Below are positions 19,263 to 29,921 of a DNA stretch of 64,000 bases, one piece after another. Every line of letters begins with the position of its first letter. The first letter of the stretch is position 1. This stretch comes from an uncultured delta proteobacterium (lineage in GTDB: Bacteria; Myxococcota; Myxococcia; Myxococcales; Anaeromyxobacteraceae). The translations under genes were made by a program, and so were the position numbers. The notes beneath the pieces were generated by a model. It had not been told where the DNA came from. It saw nothing but the letters and a program-made list of their open reading frames with translations, and ran no database searches. Where the stretch lies: NCBI GenBank assembly GCA_963814585.1, contig CAWFDF010000012.1:470781-534780 (forward strand), in the 5' to 3' direction.

Positions 19263-19358
19263 GAAGTAGCAGGGGCGCGCCCGCCCTGTCAACCCGATCG
19301 CGGACCCGGGCGCTCCCGGCGGCCATTCGTTAGACCCTCCCCCGGTCGCGAGTAGAAT
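19263..19358. promoter_or_regulatory. Divergent sigma70-like promoters (tRNA and the 19385 gene)
   Basis: Minus: TTGACA (19292-19287) upstream of TGCTACTT. Plus: TTAGAC-N17-TAGAAT (19330-19358). Confidence 0.5.
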
Positions 19359-19384
19359 CGGACGAGAGACAGGAAGGACACCGC

Positions 19385-20038
19385 ATGCCCCGCCTCGCCG
19401 CCTCGCTGACGCTGCTCCTCCTCGCCGCCCCGGCCCTGGGCCGGCCCGCGCCCGCCGCCGGCGGCGCGGAGGGCGACTTCCCCTCGCTGCTGGGCGGCGA
19501 GTCGCTGCGGGGCGGCACCGCGGCGCTGGCCACGGCCGGCTTCGCCACGCTCTCGCTGAGCTACGGCCAGGGGCTGACGGCACGCGACGACCTGGGCGGG
19601 CTCGCCCAGCTCACCTGGAGCACCAGCGAGCTGGTGCTGGGCGCCTTCTGGCACCGGCAGCTGGGCCGGGTCTGGGGGTGGGACCTCGGCAGCCGGCTGG
19701 CGGTCGGCTGGTACCTCGACGGCGGCTCGACCCTCATCTACGACGACAACCTCTCCGACCGCGGCGTCCAGTTCGCGCCCGGCCTGGCCCTCTCCTCGCG
19801 CGGCCTCGGCCTGCTCACGGTGTCCTTCGACCTGCCCTTCACCGTCACCACCTGGCGGGGCGGCGGCACCTGGATCGCGCCGCGGCTGGGGGTGGGCTAC
19901 GAGGCGGCGCTCTACGACCGGATCGCGCTGGGGGTGAGCGGCTCGCTGTCCTGGCGGGGCGGGACCGGCGGCGCGCCCATGCGGTCCGGCCAGGTGCTGC
20001 CCGAGCTGCTGGTGACCGCCACCTGGAAGCTGGACTGA
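19385..20038 (+). CDS. Secreted hypothetical protein, probable outer-membrane beta-barrel
   Basis: Signal peptide; alternating amphipathic beta strands; C-terminal LVTATWKL. Confidence 0.55.
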   Translation: MPRLAASLTLLLLAAPALGRPAPAAGGAEGDFPSLLGGESLRGGTAALATAGFATLSLSYGQGLTARDDLGGLAQLTWSTSELVLGAFWHRQLGRVWGWDLGSRLAVGWYLDGGSTLIYDDNLSDRGVQFAPGLALSSRGLGLLTVSFDLPFTVTTWRGGGTWIAPRLGVGYEAALYDRIALGVSGSLSWRGGTGGAPMRSGQVLPELLVTATWKLD

Positions 20039-20050
20039 CCGGCGGCGCGG

Positions 20051-21394
20051 TCACTGGATGGCGCGCAGCCGGCGCAGCATCTCGTCGGCGTCGATGGCGC
20101 CCATGATCCGGTCGGGCAACTCGCGCCCGGCCGAGTCGAGGAAGACCACGGTCGGCATCCCCTGCACCTTGTAACGCTCGTGGATCGCCGACACCTCGTC
20201 GGTGGTCTCGGTGCCGTCCACCTTCACCTTGACGAAGCGGGCCGCCTCCTGCTGCACCCGCGGATCGGCCCAGGCCAGCTTGTCCAGCTCCTTGCAGGCG
20301 GTGCACCACTCGGCCCAGAAGTCGACGATCACCGGCCGCCCGGCGGCGCGCGCGCTGGCCACCGCCTCGGGCTCGGAGTGCTGCCAGGCGAAGCCGGCCG
20401 CGGCGCGAGCCCGCTCGCGGGCCCCGGCCGCGCCGGCGCCGTAGATCACGCCCCCCACCAGCAGCGTCAGGCCGAGCGCCTTCAGCGCCCGCTCGTTGGG
20501 GCCGCCGTGGAAGGAGCGGTGCAGCGCGCCGAGCAGCACGCCGGCCCCGGCCACCGCCGCCGCCAGGGTGGCCGCCACCGGCGCCGCCGAGAAGACCGGC
20601 TTCAGGCCCGGCAGCAGGTCCTTCAGGTAGATGCCCGCCATGGCCAGCAGCGCCGCGCCGAAGACCGACTTGACGGTCTCCATCCAGGCGCCGCTCTTGG
20701 GCAGCGACACCGAGAAGACGCCGATGAGGAAGAAGAGCAGCCCCATGCCCAGCGCGTAGGGGAACATGATGGCGAGGCCCAGCCCCACCGAGCCCTTGGC
20801 GGCGATGTAGGTGAGCGCCGCGGCCAGCACCGGCCCGGTGCAGGGAGCGGCGATGACGCCCGCCACCAGCCCCATGCCGAAGGCGCCAGCCCGGCCGGCG
20901 CCACCCACCGAGTTGAGCCGCTGCTGCACGGAGGCCGGCAGCGACAGCTCGAAGGCGCCGAACATCGAGGCCGCCATGGCGGCGAGCACCAGCGCCACGC
21001 CGCCCATGACCCAGCCGTTCTGCATCACCGAACCGAAGGCCTGGCCGGTGAGCGCCGCGCCGACGCCGAGCGCCGAGTAGGTGACGGCGATGCCGAGCAC
21101 GTAGAGGCCGGAGAGGAGCGCTGCCTCGCCGCGCGAGCCGGCCTTGCGGGCCCCGAAGATGGAGACGGTGATGGGGATGAGCGGGTAGACGCAGGGCGTG
21201 AGGCTGGTCAGGACGCCGCCGGCGAAGGCGACGGCGACGGCGAGCCAGGAGCCGCGGCCGAGCAGCTCCCCCAGCGCCAGGTCCCCCTTCGGTCCCGTCG
21301 AGCCAGCGCTCACCAGGTCCGGCAGCCAGAGGACCGCGGCGAAGGCGGCGAGGGAGAGGGCGACGGTGAGGGAGGTCCGGCTCGTGCTCGTCAT
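20051..21394 (-). CDS. dsbD: DsbD/CcdA-type thiol:disulfide interchange protein with thioredoxin domain
   Basis: SLTPCVYP, AAPCTGP, PKSGAWM, C-terminal DFWAEWCTAC. Confidence 0.85.
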   Translation of the reverse strand: MTSTSRTSLTVALSLAAFAAVLWLPDLVSAGSTGPKGDLALGELLGRGSWLAVAVAFAGGVLTSLTPCVYPLIPITVSIFGARKAGSRGEAALLSGLYVLGIAVTYSALGVGAALTGQAFGSVMQNGWVMGGVALVLAAMAASMFGAFELSLPASVQQRLNSVGGAGRAGAFGMGLVAGVIAAPCTGPVLAAALTYIAAKGSVGLGLAIMFPYALGMGLLFFLIGVFSVSLPKSGAWMETVKSVFGAALLAMAGIYLKDLLPGLKPVFSAAPVAATLAAAVAGAGVLLGALHRSFHGGPNERALKALGLTLLVGGVIYGAGAAGARERARAAAGFAWQHSEPEAVASARAAGRPVIVDFWAEWCTACKELDKLAWADPRVQQEAARFVKVKVDGTETTDEVSAIHERYKVQGMPTVVFLDSAGRELPDRIMGAIDADEMLRRLRAIQ

Positions 21395-21485
21395 GTCGTT
21401 CCTGTTGCCCATCTAGCTGAAATTAGCCTGTCTCGCCCGGGATTTGTACCGCGCCCGCCCCTTGACCGGGCGGGGCCTTTCGAGG

Positions 21486-21510
21486 ATAAACGACCAGGAC
21501 CGTCCAGTAT
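21486..21510 (+). promoter_or_regulatory. IscR type-1-like (Rrf2) operator upstream of iscS
   Basis: ATA-AAC-GAC-CAGGACC-GTC-CAG-TAT fits the 25-bp ATA-N3-GAC-N7-GTC-N3-TAT frame; overlaps the -10 of a TTGACC-N17-GATAAA promoter. Confidence 0.55.
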
Positions 21511-21552
21511 TCCTGGCCCGGGGCGACCCCGCCCGCGCGGTCCGAGAACCAG

Positions 21553-22776
21553 ATGAAGCTGCCCATCTACATGGACTACCACGCGACCACCCCGGTCGAT
21601 CCCAGGGTGCTCGACGCCATGCTCCCCTTCTTCAAGGAGGACTTCGGCAACGCCGCCTCCAAGAGCCACGCCTTCGGCTGGCGGGCCGAGGCGGCGGTCG
21701 AGGAGGCCCGGGCCCAGGTGGCCGCCCTGATCGGGGCCACCGCCCGGGAGCTGGTCTGGACCTCCGGCGCCACCGAGTCGAACAACCTGGCCATCAAGGG
21801 GGCGGCCCAGTTCCACGCGGGAGAAGGGCCGCCACCTGGTCACCGTCGCCACCGAGCACAAGGCGGTGCTCGACACCATGCAGGCGCTCGAGCGCGAGGG
21901 CTGGTCGGTGACCGTCCTGCCGGTGGCCGGCGACGGCCGCGTCGACCCCGCCGCGGTGAAGGCGGCGCTCCGGCCCGACACCGTGCTGGTCTCGGTGATG
22001 CACGCCAACAACGAGACCGGCGTGATCCAGCCCATCGAGGCCATCGGCGCCATCACCCGCGCCGCCGGCGTCCTCTTCCACTGCGACGCGGCGCAGAGCG
22101 CCGGCAAGATCCCCTTCGACGTGGAGCGGGCCCAGGTGGACCTGGCCTCGCTCTCGGCCCACAAGCTGTACGGCCCCAAGGGCGTGGGGGCCCTCTACGT
22201 CCGGCGCAAGCCGCGGGTCCGCCTGGTCGGCGCAGCTGGACGGCGGCGGCCACGAGCGCGGGCTGCGCTCCGGCACGCTCAACGTCCCCGGGCATCGTCG
22301 GCTTCGGGAAGGCCTGCGAGCTGGCCGGCGCCGAGCGCGAGGCGGAGGCGGCCCGGGTCCTCGGGCTGCGCGAGCGGCTGCGGCGCGGCCTGGAGGCCGG
22401 GCTCGACCTGGTCTCCGTGAACGGCTCGCTGGAGCACCGGCTGCCGGGCAACCTCAACGTCAGCTTCGCCTACGTGGAGGGCGAGGCCATGATGATGGCC
22501 ATCAAGGACGTGGCGGTCTCCTCCGGCTCGGCCTGCACCTCGGCCTCGCTGGAGCCCTCCTACGTGCTGCGGGCCATGGGGATCGCCGACGACCTGGCCC
22601 ACAGCTCGATCCGCTTCGGCCTGGGGCGCTTCAACACCGACGAGGAGGTCGACCTCGTCGTCGGGCTGGTGATCGCCAAGGCCAGGAAGCTGCGCGACAT
22701 GAGCCCGCTCTACGAGATGGCCAGGGACGGCGTCGACCTGTCCCGCGTCGAGTGGGCCAACCCGCACCACGGGTGA
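21553..22776 (+). CDS. iscS: Cysteine desulfurase IscS (three +1 indels near 21820, 22229, 22290; probably sequencing errors)
   Basis: [15 protein letters not shown]; shifted-frame [34 protein letters not shown]; back in frame SSGSACTS. Confidence 0.9.
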   Translation: MKLPIYMDYHATTPVDPRVLDAMLPFFKEDFGNAASKSHAFGWRAEAAVEEARAQVAALIGATARELVWTSGATESNNLAIKGAAQFHAGEGPPPGHRRHRAQGGARHHAGARARGLVGDRPAGGRRRPRRPRRGEGGAPARHRAGLGDARQQRDRRDPAHRGHRRHHPRRRRPLPLRRGAERRQDPLRRGAGPGGPGLALGPQAVRPQGRGGPLRPAQAAGPPGRRSWTAAATSAGCAPARSTSPGIVGFGKACELAGAEREAEAARVLGLRERLRRGLEAGLDLVSVNGSLEHRLPGNLNVSFAYVEGEAMMMAIKDVAVSSGSACTSASLEPSYVLRAMGIADDLAHSSIRFGLGRFNTDEEVDLVVGLVIAKARKLRDMSPLYEMARDGVDLSRVEWANPHHG

Positions 22777-22786
22777 GGGGAGCGAC

Positions 22787-23218
22787 GTGGCGTACTCGGA
22801 CAAGGTCATCGACCACTACGAGAACCCGCGCAACGTGGGCTCGCTCGACCAGGCGACCGCCGACGTCGGCACCGGCCTGGTGGGCGCGCCCGCCTGCGGC
22901 GACGTCATGAAGCTGCAGATCAGGGTGAGCGACGAGGGCGTCATCGAGGACGCCAGGTTCAAGACCTTCGGCTGCGGCTCGGCCATCGCCTCCTCGTCGC
23001 TGGTGACCGAGTGGGTCAAGGGCAGGACCGTGGCCGAGGCCATGCAGATCAAGAACACCGACGTGGCGCACGAGCTCGACCTCCCGCCCGTCAAGGTCCA
23101 CTGCTCGGTCCTGGCCGAGGACGCCATCAAGGCGGCGGTCGCCGACTGGCGGCGCAAGCAGCAGGCCAGGGAGGCCGCGGCGCCGCGCGCCGGCGGCGTC
23201 CCCGGTCCGGAGCGGTAG
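22787..23218 (+). CDS. iscU: Fe-S cluster scaffold IscU
   Basis: GAPACGD, FGCGSA, LPPVKVHC. Confidence 0.95.
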   Translation: MAYSDKVIDHYENPRNVGSLDQATADVGTGLVGAPACGDVMKLQIRVSDEGVIEDARFKTFGCGSAIASSSLVTEWVKGRTVAEAMQIKNTDVAHELDLPPVKVHCSVLAEDAIKAAVADWRRKQQAREAAAPRAGGVPGPER

Positions 23219-23231
23219 CGGGGCGGCGGCC

Positions 23232-23410
23232 AGTGCCGCGCCCCAGGCAAGATGACGTGACGAGAGAGCCGAGACCGAAGCGAGGCTGGCGCCCGAGGAG
23301 GGAGCAGCGGAAGCGTAGCAGCGCTACGCTGAGCAGCGGACCGACGAGGCCGCCTGCCGCAGCGAGAGGATCGGCTCTCGCAGTAGGCATCTTGCCTGGG
23401 GCGCGGCACT
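23232..23410. mobile_element. 179-bp MITE/REPIN-like palindromic element, copy 1
   Basis: Perfect 23-bp terminal inverted repeats AGTGCCGCGCCCCAGGCAAGATG / CATCTTGCCTGGGGCGCGGCACT; matches 52908-53086. Confidence 0.8.
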
Positions 23411-23422
23411 AGGAGGCCGGGC

Positions 23423-24057
23423 GTGACCTGCTGGAGCTGCCACGCCGCGACGGCGCCCGAGGTGTCCTTCTGCGGGACCTGCCGGAAGCTCCAGCCCATC
23501 GGCCCGGCCGAGGACCACTTCTCGCTGTTCGGCCTCCCCCGCGAGTACGCGCTCGACCCGCGCCAGCTGGAGCAGCGCTTCCGCGACCTCTCCCGCCACC
23601 TCCACCCCGACCGCTTCGCCCGCGCCGAGCCGCGCGAGCGGCGCCTCGCGCTGGAGCGGGCCACCCGGCTCAACGACGCCTACCGGGTCCTCAAGGACTG
23701 GCGCCGCCGGGCCGCCTACCTGCTCCAGCTGGCCGGGCAGGACGTCCTCGGCGGGGGGAGCTCCGTCCACGACGCGGAGTTCCTCGAGGAGCAGCTGGCG
23801 TGGCGCGAGGCGCTGGCGCTGGCCCGCGCCGGCGGCGACACGGCGGCGCTCCGCGAGATCGCCGGCCGCGCCCGGCAGCGCCTCGGCGAGCTGGAGCCGG
23901 ACTGCCGCCGGCGCTTCGAGGACCCGGGCTGGTCCGGCGAGCCGGCCCCGGAGATCGCCCGCCGCCTCTCGCGGGCGCGCTACTACGACAACATCATCGC
24001 CGACGCCGAGCGCGACGCCGGCGCCGCGCCCGGCGCCCCCGGGCGACTGGAGCCGTG

Positions 24058-24058
<1 letters not shown>
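23423..24058 (+). CDS. hscB: Fe-S co-chaperone HscB
   Basis: CWSC...CGTC Zn motif, J-domain [11 protein letters not shown]...RAAYLL. Confidence 0.92.
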
Positions 24059-25920
<1,862 letters not shown>

Positions 25921-25976
25921 ATCGGGTCGGCTGGCGCCGAGGAGGTGCCGTGGGCCCAGGAGGGCCGGATCCCCGG

Positions 25977-27788
25977 CTACTCGGGAGGCGCGGCGGCGCG
26001 CCGGGCGAAGGCCAGCGCGATGGAGCCCTCGTCGACGAAGCCGAGGAGCCGACCCTCCCCGTCGGTGACGGGCAGCTCGCGGACCCCGTTGCCGACCATG
26101 CGCTCGAAGGCCACGTGCAGGGCGTCGTCCGGCCGAACCGCCGGGGCTGGCCGCATCACGTCAGCGGCGTTGATGGGGGCCCCGGCGCTCTCCTCGGCCG
26201 CCAGCATGACCAGGTCCGCCAGGTTGATGATCCCGACCACGCGGTCCCCGGAGACGACGGGGAACACCTCCTGCCGCTCCGGGCTGGAGAGGCCGGCCAG
26301 GAGCTCGGCGAGCGGCGTCGCCGGCTCGAAGGCGACGTGGACCCGGGTGCCGAGCGGTACGTCGGCGACCCGGAGGCCCGCCAGCGAGCCAGCGACCCCG
26401 CGCCGGCGCAGGTCGACGCCGTCCTGCTCGAGGAGCGCCTCGTAGATGGGCGTCGGCCGGTAGTGCCTGGCGATGCCGTAGGCCATCATGTTGGCAATCA
26501 TGAGCGGCAGGATCAGCGAGTAGCCGCCCGTCATCTCCACGATGATGAGCACCGAGGTGATGGGGGCCCGGATGATGCCGGCGAAGACCGCGCCCATGCC
26601 GACCAGCGCGAAGGACCCCAGCGACTCGGGGCCGTGCTGGAGCAGCGCCACGTCGAGCGCCCCGACCGCCCCGCCCGCCATGCCGCCGATGAAGAGGGCG
26701 GGGGCGAAGATGCCGCCCGCCCCGCCGCTCGAGTAGGAGAAGACGGTGGCGATGATCTTGAGCGCGCAGAGCGAGAGCAGCGCGCCCACCGCCAGCTTCC
26801 CCGACAGCGCCGCGCCCAGGGTCGAGTAGCCGCCGCCGGTGATGCCCTCCGTCCCCAGGAACCCCATCGCGACCACGGCGAGGGCGCCCGTGACCAGTCC
26901 CCCGACGGCCGGCTTGGCCCAGCCAGGAAGCCGCTTCAGGCCGCGAAAGCCCAGACGGAGCGCGAGCAGCGAGTCGATGAAGAGGATGGAAAGGATGGCC
27001 GCGACCAGGCCGAGTGCGGCATAGAGGAGGAGCGAGGAGGCGTGGTCGAGCCCGGCGCCGGGTGGGATGTCGAAGACCGGGTGGGTCCCGAGGATGCTCC
27101 TCTCCACGATGGCGGCCAGGGCGGCGGCCACGATGACGCCGGAGAGCACCGTCTGGTCGAGCGTGCCGACCACCTCCTCGATGGTGAAGGTGACGGCGGC
27201 AATGGGGGCGTTGAACGCGGCGGCGATCCCGGCGGCGGCGCCGACCGGCAGGAGCCTGCGGACGTCGTCCGGGGAGAGGCGCGCCAGGCGCCCGATCCGG
27301 CTGGCCAGGCCGGCAGCGATCTGGACGGTCGGGCCCTCCCGCCCCAGCGAGGAGCCGGTGCCGATCTGCAGGGCCCCGACGAAGAACTTCCCCACCGCGT
27401 CCCGCATGCGGAGCGGGGCGCCTCGCCCAGCGTAGGCGACCTTGACCTGCGGGATGCCGCTGCCGCGGGCGTTGGGGACGACGTACTGGAGCAGCAGGCC
27501 GGCGGCCAGGCCGCCGAGCGTGGGGACGAGCAGCGTCCACCAGATCCAGCTCCGGCCCGGCGCCGCCAGGGCCGGGTCGATGGCGAGGTGGCTGACCAGC
27601 TCGATGAGCTGGTGGAAGGCCACGGCGGCCAGGCCGCAGGCGCCGCCGATGACCACGGTCAGGACGAACAGCCGCTGGCGCTCATTCGGCAGCGCGCGGC
27701 GGACCAGGAGGCCTAGGGCCCTCCAGGCGGTGGAGGCCATCGCCACCGCCGAGGCGTGCCAGACTCGTCTCGGGTCACCCGGGCGCAT
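25977..27788 (-). CDS. ClC chloride channel / H+ antiporter with CBS pair
   Basis: GSGIP, GREGP, FNAP, GIFAP motifs; C-terminal CBS domains; start uncertain (27740 or 27788). Confidence 0.9.
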   Translation of the reverse strand: MRPGDPRRVWHASAVAMASTAWRALGLLVRRALPNERQRLFVLTVVIGGACGLAAVAFHQLIELVSHLAIDPALAAPGRSWIWWTLLVPTLGGLAAGLLLQYVVPNARGSGIPQVKVAYAGRGAPLRMRDAVGKFFVGALQIGTGSSLGREGPTVQIAAGLASRIGRLARLSPDDVRRLLPVGAAAGIAAAFNAPIAAVTFTIEEVVGTLDQTVLSGVIVAAALAAIVERSILGTHPVFDIPPGAGLDHASSLLLYAALGLVAAILSILFIDSLLALRLGFRGLKRLPGWAKPAVGGLVTGALAVVAMGFLGTEGITGGGYSTLGAALSGKLAVGALLSLCALKIIATVFSYSSGGAGGIFAPALFIGGMAGGAVGALDVALLQHGPESLGSFALVGMGAVFAGIIRAPITSVLIIVEMTGGYSLILPLMIANMMAYGIARHYRPTPIYEALLEQDGVDLRRRGVAGSLAGLRVADVPLGTRVHVAFEPATPLAELLAGLSSPERQEVFPVVSGDRVVGIINLADLVMLAAEESAGAPINAADVMRPAPAVRPDDALHVAFERMVGNGVRELPVTDGEGRLLGFVDEGSIALAFARRAAAPPE

Positions 27789-27918
27789 GGTCTCGCCGAC
27801 TATAGTGCTTCGGCGAGAGCCGGTCCGCACCACCTGGCTTCCTCGATCTGGCCCGCGCCACGAGCAGCCGCGGGCCCGTGGCAGGCGTGCGGTATGGTGG
27901 GGGGCGGTGATCTCGAAC

Positions 27919-29190
27919 ATGCCAGGCGCAGCCAGACTCCCGCCGCCACCCTCGGCCCAGGCGCACGCCGCGCCCGCCGTGACCGGGCCGGAAGCGCCCG
28001 GCACCATCGTGGTCGCGGTCCAGGGCCACGCCGACCAGGCCAGGGCGGCGGGCCTGGAGCTGGCGGAGCGCCTCCGCGACCGCTTCACGACGCTGGCGCC
28101 GGTGGTGCTGGTGAACGCGCTCCGCGGCGGCACGGTGACGCTGGCGCCGCTGGAGCCGGTTGGGGCGGCCCCGGCCGGCGACGCCCCGGGCCTGACGCCG
28201 GCGGCGAGCCAGGGCGCGATCCCCGGCTACGCCAGCCCGCTCGGGCCGCTGCTCCGCGAGGGCGTGGCCCGGGGCGCCGTCGCCGTGGCCATCGTCGCCG
28301 CGGAGCCACACGACCAGTCGATCGACTGGCTGGAGCGGCTGCTCGCCCCGGTGGTGGAGGGCGGCGTCGACTTCGTCTGCCCCACCTACCGGCGGCACCG
28401 GACCGACGGGGCCATCAACACCGGCATCGTGGCGCCACTGATCCGGACGCTCTACGGGCGGCAGCTCCGCCAGCCGCTCGGGACGGAGGCCGCCATCTCG
28501 TCCGCCCTGGCCCGGCGGCTGCTCGCCGACGAGGACTGGCGGCGGCGGCCGGCGGAGGCGGGGTCCGACGCCTGGCTGGTCGCCAAGGTCCTCGGCAGCG
28601 ATGCCCGGGTGGCGCAGGCCTGGCTGGGGGCCTGGCCGCGGCCGTCGGCAGGGCCCGAGGACCTGAGCGAGACGCTGACCCGCGCGCTCGGCCTGGTGTT
28701 CGGCGAGATGGAGCGGAGCGCCGACCAGTGGCAGCGGACCGGGCCCTCGCGGCCGGTGCCGACGCTCGGGAGCGGCGGCTTCGAGCCCGGCGGCGAGCGG
28801 CCCGATCCGGCCCGGCTCTTCCAGGCCTTCGCGCGGGGCCTGCGCGACCTGCTCCCGGTCTGGGGCCTGGTGCTGCCGCCCGCCACGCTCCTGGAGCTGC
28901 AGCGCCATGCCGCGCGCCCCATCGAGGCGGGCGGCCTGCCCGACGAGCTCTGGGCGCGGGCCATCTTCGACTTCTCCGTGGCCCACCTGGTGCGCCGGGT
29001 GGAGCGCCGCCAGCTGCTGCGCTCGCTGGCCCCGCTCTACCTGGGCTGGCTGGCCGGCCTGGCCAGCGCCGCGAACGCCCTGGACGACGCGGGCTTCGAG
29101 GCCCGGGTGGAAGCGACCGCCAGCGCCTTCGAGCGTGAGAAGCCGTACCTCATCGCGCGCTGGCGCTGGCCGGACGAGTTCAATCCCTGA
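27919..29190 (+). CDS. Glucosylglycerate-synthase-like GT-A protein, degenerate
   Basis: DFVCPTYRRHRTDGAINTGIVAPLIRTLYGRQLRQPLG, FEREKPYLIARW; DxD motif not seen. Confidence 0.6.
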   Translation: MPGAARLPPPPSAQAHAAPAVTGPEAPGTIVVAVQGHADQARAAGLELAERLRDRFTTLAPVVLVNALRGGTVTLAPLEPVGAAPAGDAPGLTPAASQGAIPGYASPLGPLLREGVARGAVAVAIVAAEPHDQSIDWLERLLAPVVEGGVDFVCPTYRRHRTDGAINTGIVAPLIRTLYGRQLRQPLGTEAAISSALARRLLADEDWRRRPAEAGSDAWLVAKVLGSDARVAQAWLGAWPRPSAGPEDLSETLTRALGLVFGEMERSADQWQRTGPSRPVPTLGSGGFEPGGERPDPARLFQAFARGLRDLLPVWGLVLPPATLLELQRHAARPIEAGGLPDELWARAIFDFSVAHLVRRVERRQLLRSLAPLYLGWLAGLASAANALDDAGFEARVEATASAFEREKPYLIARWRWPDEFNP

Positions 29191-29201
29191 GGAGGACGAC
29201 C

Positions 29202-29909
29202 ATGTGGGAACAGACCAAGACCACGTTCCTGGAAGCCGTCGGGCGGGTCGCACACACGCTGGCCCGGCTGCTCCCCGGCCTGCTGGTGATGCTCCTGCTC
29301 ACCCTCCTCTCGGCGGCCCTGGCGCTGGTGGCGTCCGCGCTGATGCGCCGGGTCGGCGCCCGGCTCGAGGTCGACCGCCGCCTGCGCGAGTGGGGCATGG
29401 CGCCGCCCGCCCAGCCCGGGCACCTCGGCCCGACCCGCTTCGCCGGGCGCCTGGCGGCGTGGACCGTGGTGGCCATCGGGTTCCTGGTCGGCCTGAACGT
29501 CCTCGAGACCAGCGCCACCAGCGCCCTGGCGCAGCGGCTCCTCGACTACATCCCCCACGCCCTGGTGGCGCTGGTGATCCTGGCGGCCGGGATCGCCGGC
29601 TCCCGGGCCCTGGAGCGGAGCGTCCTCATCGGCTCGGTGAACATGGGGCTCCACTCGGCCCGCCTCCTCGGGCTCGGCGCCCGCTGGCTGCTGCTCATCC
29701 TGGCCTCGGCCATGGCGCTCGAGCACCTCGGGATCGGGGGCACCATCCTGACCGCCGCCTTCAGCATCCTCTTCGGCGGCATCGTGCTCTCGCTGTCGCT
29801 CGCCGTCGGCCTGGGGGCCAGGGACGTGGTGGCGAGGTCGCTGGAGCGGAGGTTCCAGGAGGGCGAGAGGCGGGAGCCCCCGACCGGCGAGCAGGACCAC
29901 CACCTCTGA
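29202..29909 (+). CDS. CmpX/MscS TM-helix membrane protein
   Basis: Multiple TM helices; LLDYIPHALVALVIL, LAVGLGARD. Confidence 0.7.
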   Translation: MWEQTKTTFLEAVGRVAHTLARLLPGLLVMLLLTLLSAALALVASALMRRVGARLEVDRRLREWGMAPPAQPGHLGPTRFAGRLAAWTVVAIGFLVGLNVLETSATSALAQRLLDYIPHALVALVILAAGIAGSRALERSVLIGSVNMGLHSARLLGLGARWLLLILASAMALEHLGIGGTILTAAFSILFGGIVLSLSLAVGLGARDVVARSLERRFQEGERREPPTGEQDHHL

Positions 29910-29921
29910 CCCGGAGCGCGC

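Noticed and set aside
21815..22295. Programmed frameshifting in iscS
   Set aside because: No slippery heptamers; three independent extra bases in G/C runs are more simply sequencing error.
23207..23216. CCGGAGCGGT just upstream of both 179-bp elements (also 52887-52896)
   Set aside because: Spacing to the element differs (15 vs 11 nt), the word is GC-rich and lies in coding sequence; two sites are too few to call a target motif.
23127..23390. ORF MPTARADPL... starting inside the repeat element (also 52035-53066)
   Set aside because: Antisense to real genes, different C-termini in each copy, and no transposase-like motifs.
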